A DNA stretch of 59,631 nucleotides, the filler included, from Trichosphaerium sp. ATCC 40318 (Eukaryota; Protista; Tubulinea), in assembly GCA_038496445.1 (NCBI GenBank). It is 3 parts of 3 records of this genome, joined end to end, with 100 filler letters (N's around TTAATTAATTAA, not from the genome) between each part and the next. Parts side by side here need not be neighbours in the genome. Positions count along the whole stretch, not along the records: positions 19,916 to 37,586 come from JALMLS010000351.1; positions 37,687 to 59,631 come from JALMLS010000597.1; 1 more part is not named here. One strand, written 5' to 3'. The notes below the pieces were generated by a model. That model did no database searches. It worked only from the letters and a program-made list of their open reading frames with translations, and was not told where the DNA came from. Position numbers and translations under genes: made by a program. Below are positions 35,941 to 49,589 of this stretch, one piece after another. How positions within the stretch are numbered: the stretch's first letter is position 1; every line of letters starts with the position of its first letter.

Positions 35941-37586
35941 GTTTCAATGAAAATCGAAATATACTCCTTTCAACCTACAATTGCCTCAGTACACCTAGCA
36001 AGGACGAGTTGAACTTCGACGTCTAGTAAAGTTTGCAGTGTTGCCAAAAGCACATCACGTTCAGAACAAGATAGGCAGTTCATATACAAAACACTACAGC
36101 ACTAACCCAATGGCAAGTTACTCAAAGAACACGTGATGTCAACCTACCAACGCGACGCAATTATCGAAATCCAATTTTGGGCTATGCCACACCGTCCTAC
36201 AGTTGCAGTGACGGCATTCTTGACCGTACTAATGTACTACAAAGTGCAAGCCTGACTCTGTTCCATTCATTTCTCTGTAGCACCGTTTGCCTTATGCTTC
36301 CATTGCAGTTTATCCTGCTAGTATTCTGATCACTTAACCTGTTCACGTAACATATTATTTACTTACACTTTAGTTCTGCCAAGCCTGGCAGGCTACACGA
36401 CAATCGTTGCTTTCTGCTTGAGTGTATCAAGTACTTGGTACACTATTTGCTATGCATGTATTATTTCTACTTGTTGGTATTTCGGGTACTATGCCTAATA
36501 GGTGGTACTACCGCTCAGCCTAAAAGTAGAATTTCTCCGTCTGTTTATCGCTCTTGTTAGCCTACAGCTGCATTCGAAAGGAGTGTGTAGGCCATCAAGT
36601 GCACGTGCAAGTTACGAAAGTACGAGTGTTCATTCTATACCACGCACTACTAGTACCTCATACTCCTCGCGAAGACAATACATTGTGTTGTGTGCGAGTA
36701 CAAAACTAAAAAATACACAAACACTTTTCTGCAAAAAGCATTTATTTTGCACCTAACTGCAAAATAGAAACAACACGAAACCTTCTTTGGTATTTCCTGA
36801 CATTATAGACTGAAAACAAGTCGGTTTTTTGAAAACACAATTTGTTGAGTTGAGCTTTTTACCGTCACAATACTTACCATTGAACATTCTCCTGTCGTCA
36901 GGAGTATATAACTTGTACAGAATTTCTACTTTCTTCAAGAACTTGCAAATATCGAAATGCGTGCAGCTTTGTTTACCCTGAGCGTAGGGCTAATAGGAAA
37001 TCGAGTATTTTCTGTATTAGTAATACAGAATAAACGAATAAAAGTCTGTTTGTTACGAAAAACACATTATCTCGTCATCAACGAACAAAAAAAAAGCTGA
37101 ACGTCAATTTTGATATTCTCTACGCGTAGCGAAATAAAATCTTCAACGACGGGATTCAATTGTGAATTGTCGCCACGTGGGAGGGTTAAAAGGAGTGTAA
37201 CTCCTATAAGTAGTACTTTTGATGATGTCGCTATAATGTAGAACGGTTTTTGACAGACGATATCGGTTTTTTTTTTAAACCGCCCCACATTTTGCGTGTA
37301 GCGATACGCCGTGAAGCATAAAAGTATCATTCTTGTTCGGGTTCACTTGCTCCACAGCAGATTGTTTTGCCGTTAGTTCAAGTTTTCTGTTTTGTACCTT
37401 GCTGGAAACATACCAGCTAGCGCTAGAGTGAACCATAGCGGCAAGCCTAAACCCAACAGCACTTTTGGACAGGAATGTGTATTAAAATTTGTGCGGCCTA
37501 CAAGGGCATACGCGTTGGGGTGTGGGGTGTTCCTCCACGCTATAACAGGCAAGTGATCGTGTCACAAACGGGATTATTGGGCGTAC

Positions 37587-37686
37587 NNNNNNNNNNNNNN
37601 NNNNNNNNNNNNNNNNNNNNNNNNNNNNNNTTAATTAATTAANNNNNNNNNNNNNNNNNNNNNNNNNNNNNNNNNNNNNNNNNNNN
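37587..37686. other. Assembly gap with a TTAATTAATTAA linker
   Basis: N-run. Confidence 0.97.
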
Positions 37687-38530
37687 CTGTGGTATCGTAT
37701 TTCTGTATCTCAGCTGATTGATAGTGAGGTACTGGTATAGGAACTTACTTTCCACAAATATTAAGCGTACTACATCCAAACTTCCCATGGTCTTGGAAGC
37801 GCTTTGGCAAAAACTTGAAAAAATCAACTCAAAGGTACTCACAGTTCTTCAATTTTTTCTTTCTCTAATGATCCTGTTTAGATGGGTAATTGATACAGTT
37901 GCCGAGATATTTCCAGGATCTCAGATCCTTGAAGAACATTGTATTGGATCCAGCCATTCGTCAGGACTACCTCATGTTGTCGATGCTTATGTTCCCGAGT
38001 ATAATCTTGTTATTGAGTATCAAGGTTAGCTTTAATTTGTTTTGTTCTAACTAACGGTAAAAAAGGTGAACATCATTATACTGACGTATTTCCTCATGCA
38101 GCGCCATCAGCAAAATTTGATTTTACTGACGGAGAGAAAGCACAATTCTGTAGAGTAGCAGGTATTAAAACAGACCGAAAAAAACCCCTCTAGAATAACT
38201 TGATTTTTTTGCCACAACAACGCGCCATAGTGAGCTCTCACGTGATCTTACTTGTAATTTTTCAATTCCCTTTTCAATGGTTTAACTGATTTCTGACTCT
38301 TAGGCTTATATCTGGTACCTATTCCGTATTGGGTATCTACTTCTGATGGTATAATAGCCGCTATTAAAGAATGTGCTCCAAATGTTACAATTCCTCATAG
38401 TAGGGATCATAGCAGTTATAAGGGAGATTTTATACCTCAAGTGATTACTAATGGATCCCTTATGAACACTAATCGTAATGGTACTTCCATAACACCTAGT
38501 AATTCTCATGTCAAAGTACTTGCTTCGTGA
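37687..38530 (+). CDS. 3' part of a gene with a C-terminal PD-(D/E)XK (Vsr/DUF559/RAP-like) nuclease domain
   Basis: Spliced motif VDAYVPEYNLVIEYQGEHHY...DGEKAQFCRVAGLYLVPIPYW. Confidence 0.75.
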
Positions 38531-39177
38531 TAAGAAATTAAGAATGAGAAGAAAACAAGAAAGTGATTCTTCGGCTTGGAAAGTCTGTCCATTGAAAAGA
38601 GGCTCTTAGCGGCGATAAAGTGGTGGATTTGGGCACCAAAGGGTATATGGAGGGCAAACATCAGGTCACGCAGTATTCTTACAGTTAGCTCGCTGTAGCA
38701 AGACTCACCTTGAAAACAGACTGTGAGTTCATACAACTAACGAAGCCAATTTATTACCAACATTGACTGGTAAAGTACTGACGAATAGATTAATACGTTA
38801 TTCTATAGATTACGATCAAAATACGGTGGCACACAAACAGGACTTGCGCATGCAAATAAGTCTATGTAAGAAAATAAACAGAACTTATTAAAATATGAGC
38901 ACTTCTGCGATTACTTTGTGGAAGATAAATCACGTGTGATGAATCTGAACATTGTAGACTTTACATTTCTTGGTTGTTACATAAAAACATACCTACAAAA
39001 GCGTTGCAATTGGTATTATTGGTGCGTATCATACAATGTCTCTTCGTGACTCCAGAGTATGTTCCAAAATCACAGCAGACCAATAATCACAATCAGGCAA
39101 TTTTATCTTTTGGCACATAAAAGTCACAACAGTTCAACTCATGCTTTCAAAGACAACAGTAACAGCATACATACAAC

Positions 39178-41042
39178 ATGATGAAAGCACTTAAATACGA
39201 TAAAAGCGGCGATATAAGCAACTTGTCAATCGGACAAGTACCCAAACCATCAATACAGGCAAAAGACGACGTACTCATAAAGGTATACGCGTCAGCAATA
39301 AATCCAGTCGATTACAAGAGGTCTGGAGGACATCTCCCAATAAAAGAAGAGGGATACCCGATAGTGCCTGGGTACACTAGCGGCAGCAAGTAGCTCGCTG
39401 TAAACACATTTTAAAAGATGCCTCAGTGGCAAAACAGCTTGTGAAGTTACCGCAAATTTTTCCGCTTATCTTCTGTAGGTACGACGTTGCTGGTGTTGTT
39501 GAGCAAGTAGGCGAGGATGTCAAACGTTTCAAGGTTGGAGACGCTGTCTATGGTGACGTTCAATCAAACGGTTTAACACCAAAACGTAAGTACTTTATTT
39601 CTCCGCCTTTTTGCGTATAAAGTAGCTTTGGAGTTGTATAGCTTCTTAGTATGCGTATCCGTATCATTCAAGTTGAAGCTTTTTTGCACGAAATTGCGAG
39701 TTTTTGTCAGATCTAGACAATCCAAACGGTTTTGACACTTTTTGACATAACTAACAAACCACCCTCAAAAATGTGATCATACCATTGGTGAGTTTGTCGG
39801 AGAAATTGTTGCGGAGCGTTTTATTTGTTAAACGCACGTGATTTTTGGTCCAATACTTTTTATTTACATATTTGTGGTGGCGCTTTCCATCGCTACATCG
39901 CTACCTATTGAGTAGTTTTCTGTAATTTTAGCCTTCTCATCTTTGTCAATACCCCGAGTACTAGTGGCGTTGGAAGTGCTAGCAGTTTACATGCGTATGT
40001 AGGTAAAATATTGTGAGTATCTTGAGTGCGTATTGATATAACGTGCAAGTTTTTTTGATAGTTGATGATACGGACAAGAATATAAATATCTGACTCCTGC
40101 AACAAAATTCTTACTTATTTAATTTCTTTTAGAATATGGAGCTATTGCAGAATATGTCGTACGTATTTGCCAGCAGGAATAAGAAGCGCTCAACTCACGT
40201 GGTGATGTTTTTTGTTCACCACACTTTTAGGTCTGCAAAGCATGCTTGCTTGCTAAGAAACCTTCTAAACTTAGCTTCACAGAAGCAGCGGGAGTTCCAG
40301 TCGCTGCTGAAACAGCATATTATGCGTTCAAACTGGGTGAACTCAAGTAAAATAATAAGCATTTGAAAACCTTGTTTACTTACTTTGTGTTTTAGGCAAG
40401 GAGGTAAAGTTCTCATCACTGCTGGTGCGGGTGGTGTTGGTACTTTTGCAATACAAATAGCAAAGAAAATCTTTAAATCAGGAACTATTTACACCACTGG
40501 AAGCTCACCAAAGCTCGAAAAACTGACCGCGTTTGGAGCAGATGAACTAATAAACTACAAAAAGGTTAAGTTTGAAGAGACACTTTCTGATTTGGATCTT
40601 GTCTTTGACCTCACTGGAGAAGCACCAAAAGCTACTAAAGTAGTACGTGAAATATTTAATTATTGAATGTCAAGAATTTGAACAAAGACTTAACGAGTTT
40701 AAGGTTAAAAAAGATGGTAAAACAAGAGTAATAACAGCATCATTCTTTGAACAGATTGAAGGCGTAAAATTCTTTAGTTTGGCTTCTGATGGAAGCATAC
40801 TTGACGCTCTTAATCCTTATTTTGAAAGCGGAGATATTGTGGTGGTACAGCAATATAACTAAGATGAGTGATGAGTCAGCAATACTAACTAGTTTTTAGA
40901 AAATTGAAAAAGAGTTTTCGTTCGATGACAGCATTGCTGCTTGGAAACATGCAATGGAAAGTCGTCCTTTTGGAAAGGTACAATATTAAATTTACTAGTT
41001 GTATTGATAAACAACCAATAGGTTGTCATTAAACACTTATAA
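39178..41042 (+). CDS. MDR-superfamily NADPH:quinone/alkenal oxidoreductase (zeta-crystallin-like)
   Basis: [64 protein letters not shown] and C-terminal RPFGKVVI. Confidence 0.92.
39659..40077. mobile_element. Diverged intronic relative of the 8958-9806 MITE
   Basis: TCCGTATCATTCAAGTT at the left end and TGATACGGACAA at the right end, inside an enlarged intron. Confidence 0.55.
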
Positions 41043-41285
41043 AGGGGTACTCAGAACGAAATTGTTTTTGCTAAATAAAAAAAACAGTGCATAATTCCTG
41101 CAATCTTATTAGTTCCATTGTGCCTTGGAACTGGTTCGATTTGACGAAGGCATTTGTAGCCTGTCAATGATTACATACATTGGTTGTGTCAATGTACGAA
41201 AAAGGTTGCTTAGTGACGAGTAAACTTAAACAGCGTTTGTAAAACAGAACGGTTTTTATTGAATAAAGCAGGAACACCAGTATTT

Positions 41286-44200
41286 TTAAGGACAAATCAC
41301 GTGAATGGACAATGAATCAATCGTGAGTTGTTTGTGTAATCCTTCATGTATACTCACTTCGAGATGCACATGATCACGATTTAGAACAGATCCAATTGTC
41401 TGAGATGAAAACACTTGACCTTCTGCATATGTTTCACTGTATCCTGGCTCTGTATCAATGTATCCAAGATCGATCTAATTAAATGTAAACAAACAATGTA
41501 GTTATCAAGAAACTGACGTACTTTCTTGTGTCTATGATAACTGTGTTCTGGAACGAGTGCTGCAAACTTGATTCGTTTTGATACATGGAATTCAGCCTCC
41601 ACTTTGTATCTAATATTGTGGTTAGTCATGTGTTTTATTAAATGGCGGTACCTAATGCTGACAACGACCGTGTGGTTATAAATATGTTGTATCGTGTGAC
41701 CACCACTCAACAAGTAGGAACCTTCAATTGGAATATCAAAGATGATTGACAACGGATACTTGTGATAGTTGTAGCTGAACTTTGACGCATAAAGTGCCAA
41801 ATCATCATCTGCTTCTTGTACAAAAGATGCAGCATCATCCATGGTACAATCTGTTGAGAATACATCAACATCCGACAGATGATGAGGACAATCGTAGTTT
41901 GGATGATTCTTGAATCCGAGAGTATGGCTTTGAGGATATCGAGGAAATACACGATGAGGGCGAGCACCATGAGCAATTTGAACAGATGTAAGAGCATCAA
42001 CAACACCATATCCAGACAGAATATCAGAACCAGGTGTATGGATGTCAATTGAAGCGAGTTTGAAGACAGTGTTCATGTATGACTAAATACGTTAATATCA
42101 GCACGTGTTTTACTGGTGGCAATTTGACATGACGTACTCTTTCGTTTATTCTTGACTTTTCGAGGATAAGTCCAGCAATTGCAGCAAGGTGAGGAGCAGC
42201 TGCAGAGGTTCCAAAGAATGGATTGAAGCCTGGTGTTGATGTAGAAACACCATCAGCAGCTGTGAATTCTGGTTTCATTCTCACTTCTCCACCTTGAGCA
42301 GCAGTGTAAACGCCTTCTTCCAGAATATTACCATCCTTATCAAAGAAAATATTCACTGGTCCCAGAGAAGAGAAGGATTCTAGAACAATGAGTTAACACC
42401 AGCAAGAATAACAATAAGTAAAAAGAAACAGTACCAGTGATTGTCGAAGTATTGAACGGTTGTATTGGGTCACCAGTCCCTGCAAATGCTGCGGCCACTG
42501 AGAATGAAGACCGAGCAGCAGAATGTCCAAACGTATTTGATGGTCGAACAGGAATTCTAGCACGTGGAGCCAACATTCGTATTCTTCTTTGAGATATAGT
42601 TTCATTGTACTCAAAGTTGAGAAAACCGAATCTGATTGCAATTCCTGGTGGCAGTGATATAAATGCAAGTGGGATTGGTTCACCACCTCTGGTAGACTGA
42701 GAACTGGAAAGTTCGGGAATGAACTCGCCAGTAGTATCGTTAAACACTATGATGAAATATTGTTCCGTAGGCATTTGCTACAATTAAAAATGAGCCAAAG
42801 AAATAAGAATCAATGCGTGATACATTTACTCTGTACTTCGTTATATTAAGATAAATTGGTTTTGAAGTACAAGTAAATGTAACCAATCGCCTGAATTTTC
42901 TACGGTAGATAAACTTTTGACAGAAAAATACTTATGAAGGCATTTGCAAGTACATATGTAAAAAAAAAAAAAAGAAGAAGAAAAAACTTACATAAGAATC
43001 CGACCAATACAGAAAAACATTCAAGTTACTAGTACTATCAGGACTAGTAGAAACTCGAACCAATTCAGTTCCTCCAAATATTTCAAAAAAATGAAATGCA
43101 GGCCCTGATGACGTTGTAGTGTTGAAATCAACAGCGTACGTGTTGGCTAAATTAATGTGAATAGTTAAGTAATGATTTAGAGGTTAAGTTTGTACTTCGA
43201 AAATTTCCGCCTGCTGAAAAAAACAAAGCACCATCTTCAGTGACTTTATCAGCTGATTGTGCAACAATATCATCCTATTCAGCATGAGTAAAAATGTGCA
43301 TTCGACCAAAAAAAAACAACATTATTTCAGTCATATTTTTAGACTCACTTGGAAAGGTGCTTCTGAAAAGTATATAACATCATCAACAATAATATCACAG
43401 CCATATTCGAAACGAAGTAATTCGATATTCCTTGAAAATTGGAACAGAGAAATAAAAGCAGAAGCGAAGAACACTAAAAAAGAGCATGAGAAAAACGACA
43501 TTTCAGCGAACATGAAAGTTTTTGTACACTCTGCATCGGGAGCCAAATCAAAAATAATTTCAGCCATTGCTGATCCTTCACTACTACACGGGAAAATATT
43601 CTGTGTTTGATTTGTGAGTGGATCTGTAATGATTGTGATGGAGTTTAAGTCGCCCGAGGAAGTAAGGTTGTCTAAAACCTAAAATAAAGAATAAATACGT
43701 CACATAAAACGCCAAACATTGTACAACTACGCCAAGATACGTACATCGAGAATAACACAATCTGAAAGAATACCTATCTTTACACCTTTCCCCGTTGATC
43801 CTTCTCCAAAAACTCTTGCAAGATTTGCTCTGTGAGCCGCATCACCCTCCGAAACAGTATCCCGCAAAGTAGTTCTATGCTACTCGAAAGTTAAAAGTAT
43901 TCAGCTAACGCGAGATAGCAGAAAAACATTAGTGTACTTTTTTAGCTAATTTCTCTGAATATTTTCTCGAATAACACGTGGTGGGTAATAAGAGTAATTC
44001 TTGATTTGAAAAGAAGTTTGCCACGTGTAGTGCAAACCCACGTGATTACGAGAATATTTATGCTGTTGCGTACCGATCTTGGCTGTATGCTATCTACCAT
44101 AGACATAGAGCAGAGCGTATTCATGTCGTCCATGCTAGCGGGCATACGAACAACAACACAGTCGTCTTGTGGATGGTGTTTGTACATAACCTTCATTATG

Positions 44201-44567
44201 AGTTAAAACACAATCGCATGTTACCAATAAGCGTACTTCACAGCCATCTACACTATCTGCGGCGTTTGAAATACCATTGATATCGGAGCCACAAACTTCA
44301 ACTTCCATTGCTTCCGACGCCTGTTTGTGCGTCATTGATGCCCTTGAGACGTTAGATAGAGCTAACGGAAAGGAACTAAACGTACATTTCTTTGTACAAG
44401 CCAAGTGTAATACAAGAAGTATCAAATGATGAAGCATAAGCATCTAGCTTTTGTTTAATCGTATCCACATTCTCCATGAAGAACTCAGGAGCGTCAGCGC
44501 CCTCAAACACATCTTGAGCATAGAGAAAAGAAGAGGCAGCGATCAAAAACAATATACAGAGCTTCAT
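41286..44567 (-). CDS. Secreted subtilisin-fold protease of the bacterial S8/S53-like type with a C-terminal extension
   Basis: Signal peptide, SEGDAAHRA, GKGVKIGILSD, EGSAMAEIIFDLAPDA, GCDIIVDDV, TFGHSAA, KPEFTAADGV, FFGTSAAAPH (catalytic Ser) and GYGVVDA. Many introns. Confidence 0.88.
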
Positions 44568-44881
44568 TGCTTGTATGAGCCTAAAGCAACTTTATATATC
44601 TGATTTTGTGAATTCTCTGTTCTCGTTTCATCACGGTGCGCTGATAACACAAAAAACCTTATTAATTAATCATTAATTCGTCGTGTAATGCTCTGATGAA
44701 GGCAGAAATTAACTACGTGCAGGTCATGTGAAGTAAATTGATGCAGACGACTAAAATTCTACTAAATGTGCACGAGAATCCACATCAGTGGATTCTCGTG
44801 CATTTCTTGGTTTTGGGTTGCTAAAAATATCTTAGATTTCGTTGTTTTTAGCCCAAAACCCAATCACAAATACAACAACCA

Positions 44882-47800
44882 ATGCTAACACACGAAGTGG
44901 AGGTTGGTGACCTCCCTGACTTTTTTCTTCGGCCTACTCTTGGCATACTTCGAGTACGAGATTTTATCTAATTACAGGGCTGAAACTCAACAAGGCATTT
45001 TTGGACAATGCCTAGGCATTTTCATCAAATAATGCCTTATTTTTTACAAAAATGCCTAGTTTTTGCCTCATTCAAAAAGGCAAATACAGGGCAATGCCTT
45101 ATTTTTTGCTCCAAAAATGCCTTATATTTGATGAAAAATGCTTGCATCTGGTACACAAGATTGCAATGGTTTTGCCTGCATATTTTTAGGAATTATGCCC
45201 TTCAAATTAAGGCATAACTCATGCATCAATGCCTTATTTTGAAGGCAAAAAGTAAGCATTATCATAGTCTACAGTGCCTAATAAACCAGGGCATTTTCAG
45301 GTAATAACACAACTATTTATTTTATAATACAGTACACATACAATACACAAAACTCCTAAGTCCACATTTGAAAAAACCTTAAAGAAAATATGAGATGGTG
45401 TAGAAAAAAAAAAAAAAAAACTTACCTTGTAGTGTTAGAATTCCGCGGTCCTGGAAATATCGCGGAGTTCACTCCTACTACTGTTGTAGGTGAAATAGAG
45501 TGCTGCAGTTCGTTTGGGGGTGGTTTCGTCTAATTTCATGAATTACTAAGAGCGCTAGGTGCCTATCTATATAAAACGTCAGTAGGTGATGTGAAAAAAA
45601 AAGTGTAAAAGTTGTTTGACTGTTACTTACCTTAAAACACTTCCTTAATGTGATCAGTCCTATGATATAGTATAGGCAATGCCTTATATATGAATTAAAA
45701 TACAAGGCATATATTGCTTAAAAAAATAAGGCATAATAAAGGCATAAAGTACTTGCAATACAGGGCATTACTTGATTTTATGCAATGCCAAAAAATGCAA
45801 TACAAGGCATTACCCGATTTTATGCAATGCCAAAAGATGCCCAAAAATGCCTGGTATTAATGCCTTTTTGATGAAGGCATTGCCTTTTTGTAAAAATGCC
45901 TTATTTTATTGGGCATTGCCAAATGCAAATGCCTTGATTTTGCCATCTAATGCCAAATGTTAGGAATATGCATCATTTTTTAAGGCAATGCCTTGCTGAG
46001 TTTCAGCCCTGTAGTGAATCCTAACAAGCGTTTAGTGTCAACTGGAACCGGTTCTGTACGGCACGGTTAACAAGAAACCATACGGTGTTCGCGCTGGACC
46101 AGGCACCAGAAAAATACCAGCACCTGGAGGACCACAGTTCTCCAATCCGCGATTTGTTGGAGAGAGGTACCGAGATTTTTATGAGGTACCTGCTGCAAAT
46201 TCTCTCTCCGACAGGTTTTTGTGCAAGGAGCGCCTGTGCTGCGCTTTAAAAAATGGCTGTGAACCAAAAACCTGCACTGTAAAGGTAACCATCATCATTT
46301 ACTGTGCGAACCAGCACACGGCTGTTGTGTACATTGAAGGTTCACACAGTCCTGGAATGGTTCCTGGTTCACCTTTAACTAAAGTACAGTTTAAAGTACT
46401 TGTACGTCTTTTTTTTTTCTGTACTTACTTTTATTTTTTACTACTTACCTATTTTAGTGTCGGTTGCGTGCTATGGAAGAAGATGAGTTTGGAGTCACCA
46501 ATCTTTTTGGTAACCTAAACGCTGGTTCTTTCGTACGCAACACTATTCCAAAAATAAAGCGAGATTTGGTAAACGAAGGCCTCATGACTATGGTGCAAGC
46601 AACAAATTGGCGGATCTCACGCCAAATGGTTGCTACTTGGGGCAGAGCCAATATAACAACAACGAGGTACAAAAAAAAACAATATCAGAAAATAATTTTT
46701 ATTTACATTAATTTTTTTTTAAGTACGGTCACCACAATAGATGAGGTGAATGCGTTTTTGTCAGACAAATCCATGGCACCATTCATTTTATACCCCAAGC
46801 ACAAAGAAAACTTTCCTGTAGCCAAAGATGGTAAAGGAAACTTTGTGGTTGTATTCGCAACCACAGAGTCCTTATCCATCCTTGCGCGCTATGGGTCTGA
46901 AATAGTGGGGTTAGATTCAGTGTACAAATTGAATCGGTACGAAAACACGTGGTTTAAATTTTTTGGTTTTTTTTTTGGCGTAAAATGCGTTTGGTTGAAA
47001 AAGAAAAATTAAAAAACAAAATTGGGGTTTTTTCTGAAAATGTATTACTAATTCGTACCTTTAGTAATAAATACCCCGTGTGGGGTTTGGTATGTGAAGA
47101 TGTAACTACTGGTTTCTTGGCTTCTCTGTGTATTGCTTCTTCTTCCCATGAAGAGAACATCACAGTGTTTCTTACTGTGGTAAAGAGACGCATTGAAAGT
47201 ATAAGAGGTAAGTTTTAGAAAATAAAATAAAATCACAACTTAATGCCTTACTTACCTAGTCGCGCATGTACACGTTTGGAGTCCGGTAGTGATGATAGAC
47301 AAAGATCCAGCTGAAAGGGCCGCTATAGTGCGCGTCGGCTTTTGCTACATCTTATGCCAATACCACTATCACTCCACATGGCGTCAAAAGATACGTGAGT
47401 TGTTCAGGGTAGAGCATCAGAATGCGTACGGTTTTTTTGGGGTTTGGGGAGATTTTTGTGTTGTGATTTTTTTTTCACAACACAATGCCGCTAACCATTT
47501 TACCAGTGCTATGGACCAGCTTATCAAGTTAGAGCGTGCGACATCCAAAAAACACTTAAACCAATTGAAAAGTGATTTTTTGAGATGGTGCATCTCAAAC
47601 TCAAACAATTGGACCACTGATGGAGCAGGTAAAAAGATATCTCCTGCAAACCAACTGTACTTATACTTCGAGAAAAACTGGTACGTTTTAATAGTTTTTG
47701 GTTTTTTTTTGTTTATATTACGTACCTTTAATCCATACGTAGGTTTTCTGCCACTTGGGTTGATTCTTGGACTGATTATGGTCGTTTGTGCCGTATCGGT

Positions 47801-49589
47801 CTCTGGAATACGAACAACAAAGTGGAGACACAATGGAGACAGTTTATTAAGGTATACGGTACGTTTACACTTTATCACGTGGTTTTTTTTTTCCTTTTTT
47901 TTAAATCAACATTGCTCGTATTGTCTACACATTGAGTATTCTTCGTGTAGCTATTCTCCATTGAGTATTCTTCGGAGAATTGTACAAAGCATCTTTGGTT
48001 TCTTTTTAGTTCTTTTTGGTCGTTGTTATGGCAAGTTTGTTGACTTTCGTGTATGTAGGCTTTGGTGGCTATCGTTTTGGACTTGCCAAGTGTTTGCGCA
48101 TAATGCCTGCGATATTGCAGCAGCACTTGGTTGTACAACGTGACATCGAAGCGACAGACGGCAACATAATCCCAAAATCAAAGGCGCTGCGAAAGAGAGA
48201 AGAACTGGATGCACGTGCTCGCGCTCTTGTACTCGCCGACAGTGTACAAGCTTTGGAACCTCAAACTGGTGAAGATCGGTTTTTTATGGTTGAATCCGCT
48301 ACAACTCAAGGTTAGTTTTTGACACGTTTTTGTAAGTATTAACACATCTTTTAGGTTTAAAATATCCAGTGGACATTATTGATGAAAAGTGTGGTTGTTT
48401 CTATTTTGCGCAGCTTGGCAAAATATGCAAACATATCATTGCTGCTAAATTGTTTGTGACGGGCCTAAATACCAGAGACATACGTGAAGAAGGCACTATT
48501 TCTTCTATTCACGGTAAGTATTTGGTTTTTTTAATTATTTTATTTTATTTTTTTTTAGAAGAAGCGGATGTTGCACCTGTGGCCAAATTACGCGCAAAAA
48601 AACGACCAGTCAAGAAATCTAGAAGACCAGCTCGTATTTTGTATTCTAGTGATGACGAAAGTGAGTCGCAAAGTCAAAGTTCAACGTACGTTTACTTTTG
48701 TTTTAATTTTTGTGTATTAATTTTTTTTTAGTGGCTCTGTGTACGAACACCAATTACAACATCTCAACTAACTGTTAATAGATGCAATGCATTTGCTATT
48801 GCACCTACTGCCTCTGGAGAATCGTTCGCTCCATTTGCATCTCTTGAGTACACCTCTTTTCTTTTTTTTTTTTTGATTTTTTCTGATTAATAACGTGTTT
48901 AGTTTGGCGTCTATTGGTGATTCACCTAAAAGCAACAGTTCTAGTATTTCTTTTCCAACAACAAACAGCCCAATGTCTTTGTTGAGTCCAGCATCAACAC
49001 GAAGCCCATCTTCTATTCAAAGCATGGATTTGTGTATTAATGGCTCTCCAGTGATCTCGTTGAGTGATGACTCAATAATGACCTGGATTTCAGAGAGAGC
49101 GTTAAGTTTAAACTTGGACAGCGATAATGAAGCTGAGGTATGTTTTCTCTTTTTTTGTTTCTCACAAATTTACTTATTTTTAGGAACCGCCAACAGATGT
49201 TGTAGAACCAATAATACCACCTCACGCTGTCATACCTATGGCAACACATGTTGTACCACTTGAAGACAACAAGCCAAACTTATCTCGTGTATGTATTTTC
49301 GTGAATTTAATTTTTCTATTTTTTTTGAAGTATTAATTGTTTTCTCAAGTCCTACAACACAAGAAGTAATGTAGTAGCACCTGATGCCTTTGTAATGGCG
49401 CCAATCATCAACAAGGTAACACCTGGATCTTGTTGGAATATTTTGTACGAAGGCATCTGCTACAACATCACTGTAATTCGCACTTCACGATTTTGGCCAA
49501 AATCTTTGATGGTCATTGTAGACTGGGGTGATAGGACGAGTTCTGCTGTCAAGTTCAACGAAAGCACCTGGTGTTTAGTCTCAGAATAG
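44882..49589 (+). CDS. MULE transposase with SWIM zinc finger (many introns)
   Basis: N-terminal C..C..H finger, VGLDSVYKLN (D), MIDKDPAER (D), LCQYH, NTNNKVETQW (E), SWIM CGCFYFAQLGKICKH and a Ser-rich tail. Confidence 0.82.
44975..46011. mobile_element. 1037-bp MITE in the first intron of the MULE transposase
   Basis: TIR CAGGGCTGAAACTCARCAAGGCATT, TA on both flanks, and dense AATGCC/GGCATT subterminal repeats. Confidence 0.85.

Noticed and set aside
36100-37080. Minus-strand exon-like pieces with a faint helicase P-loop resemblance (PARLGRTK)
   Set aside because: Multiple stops and too little similarity to call.
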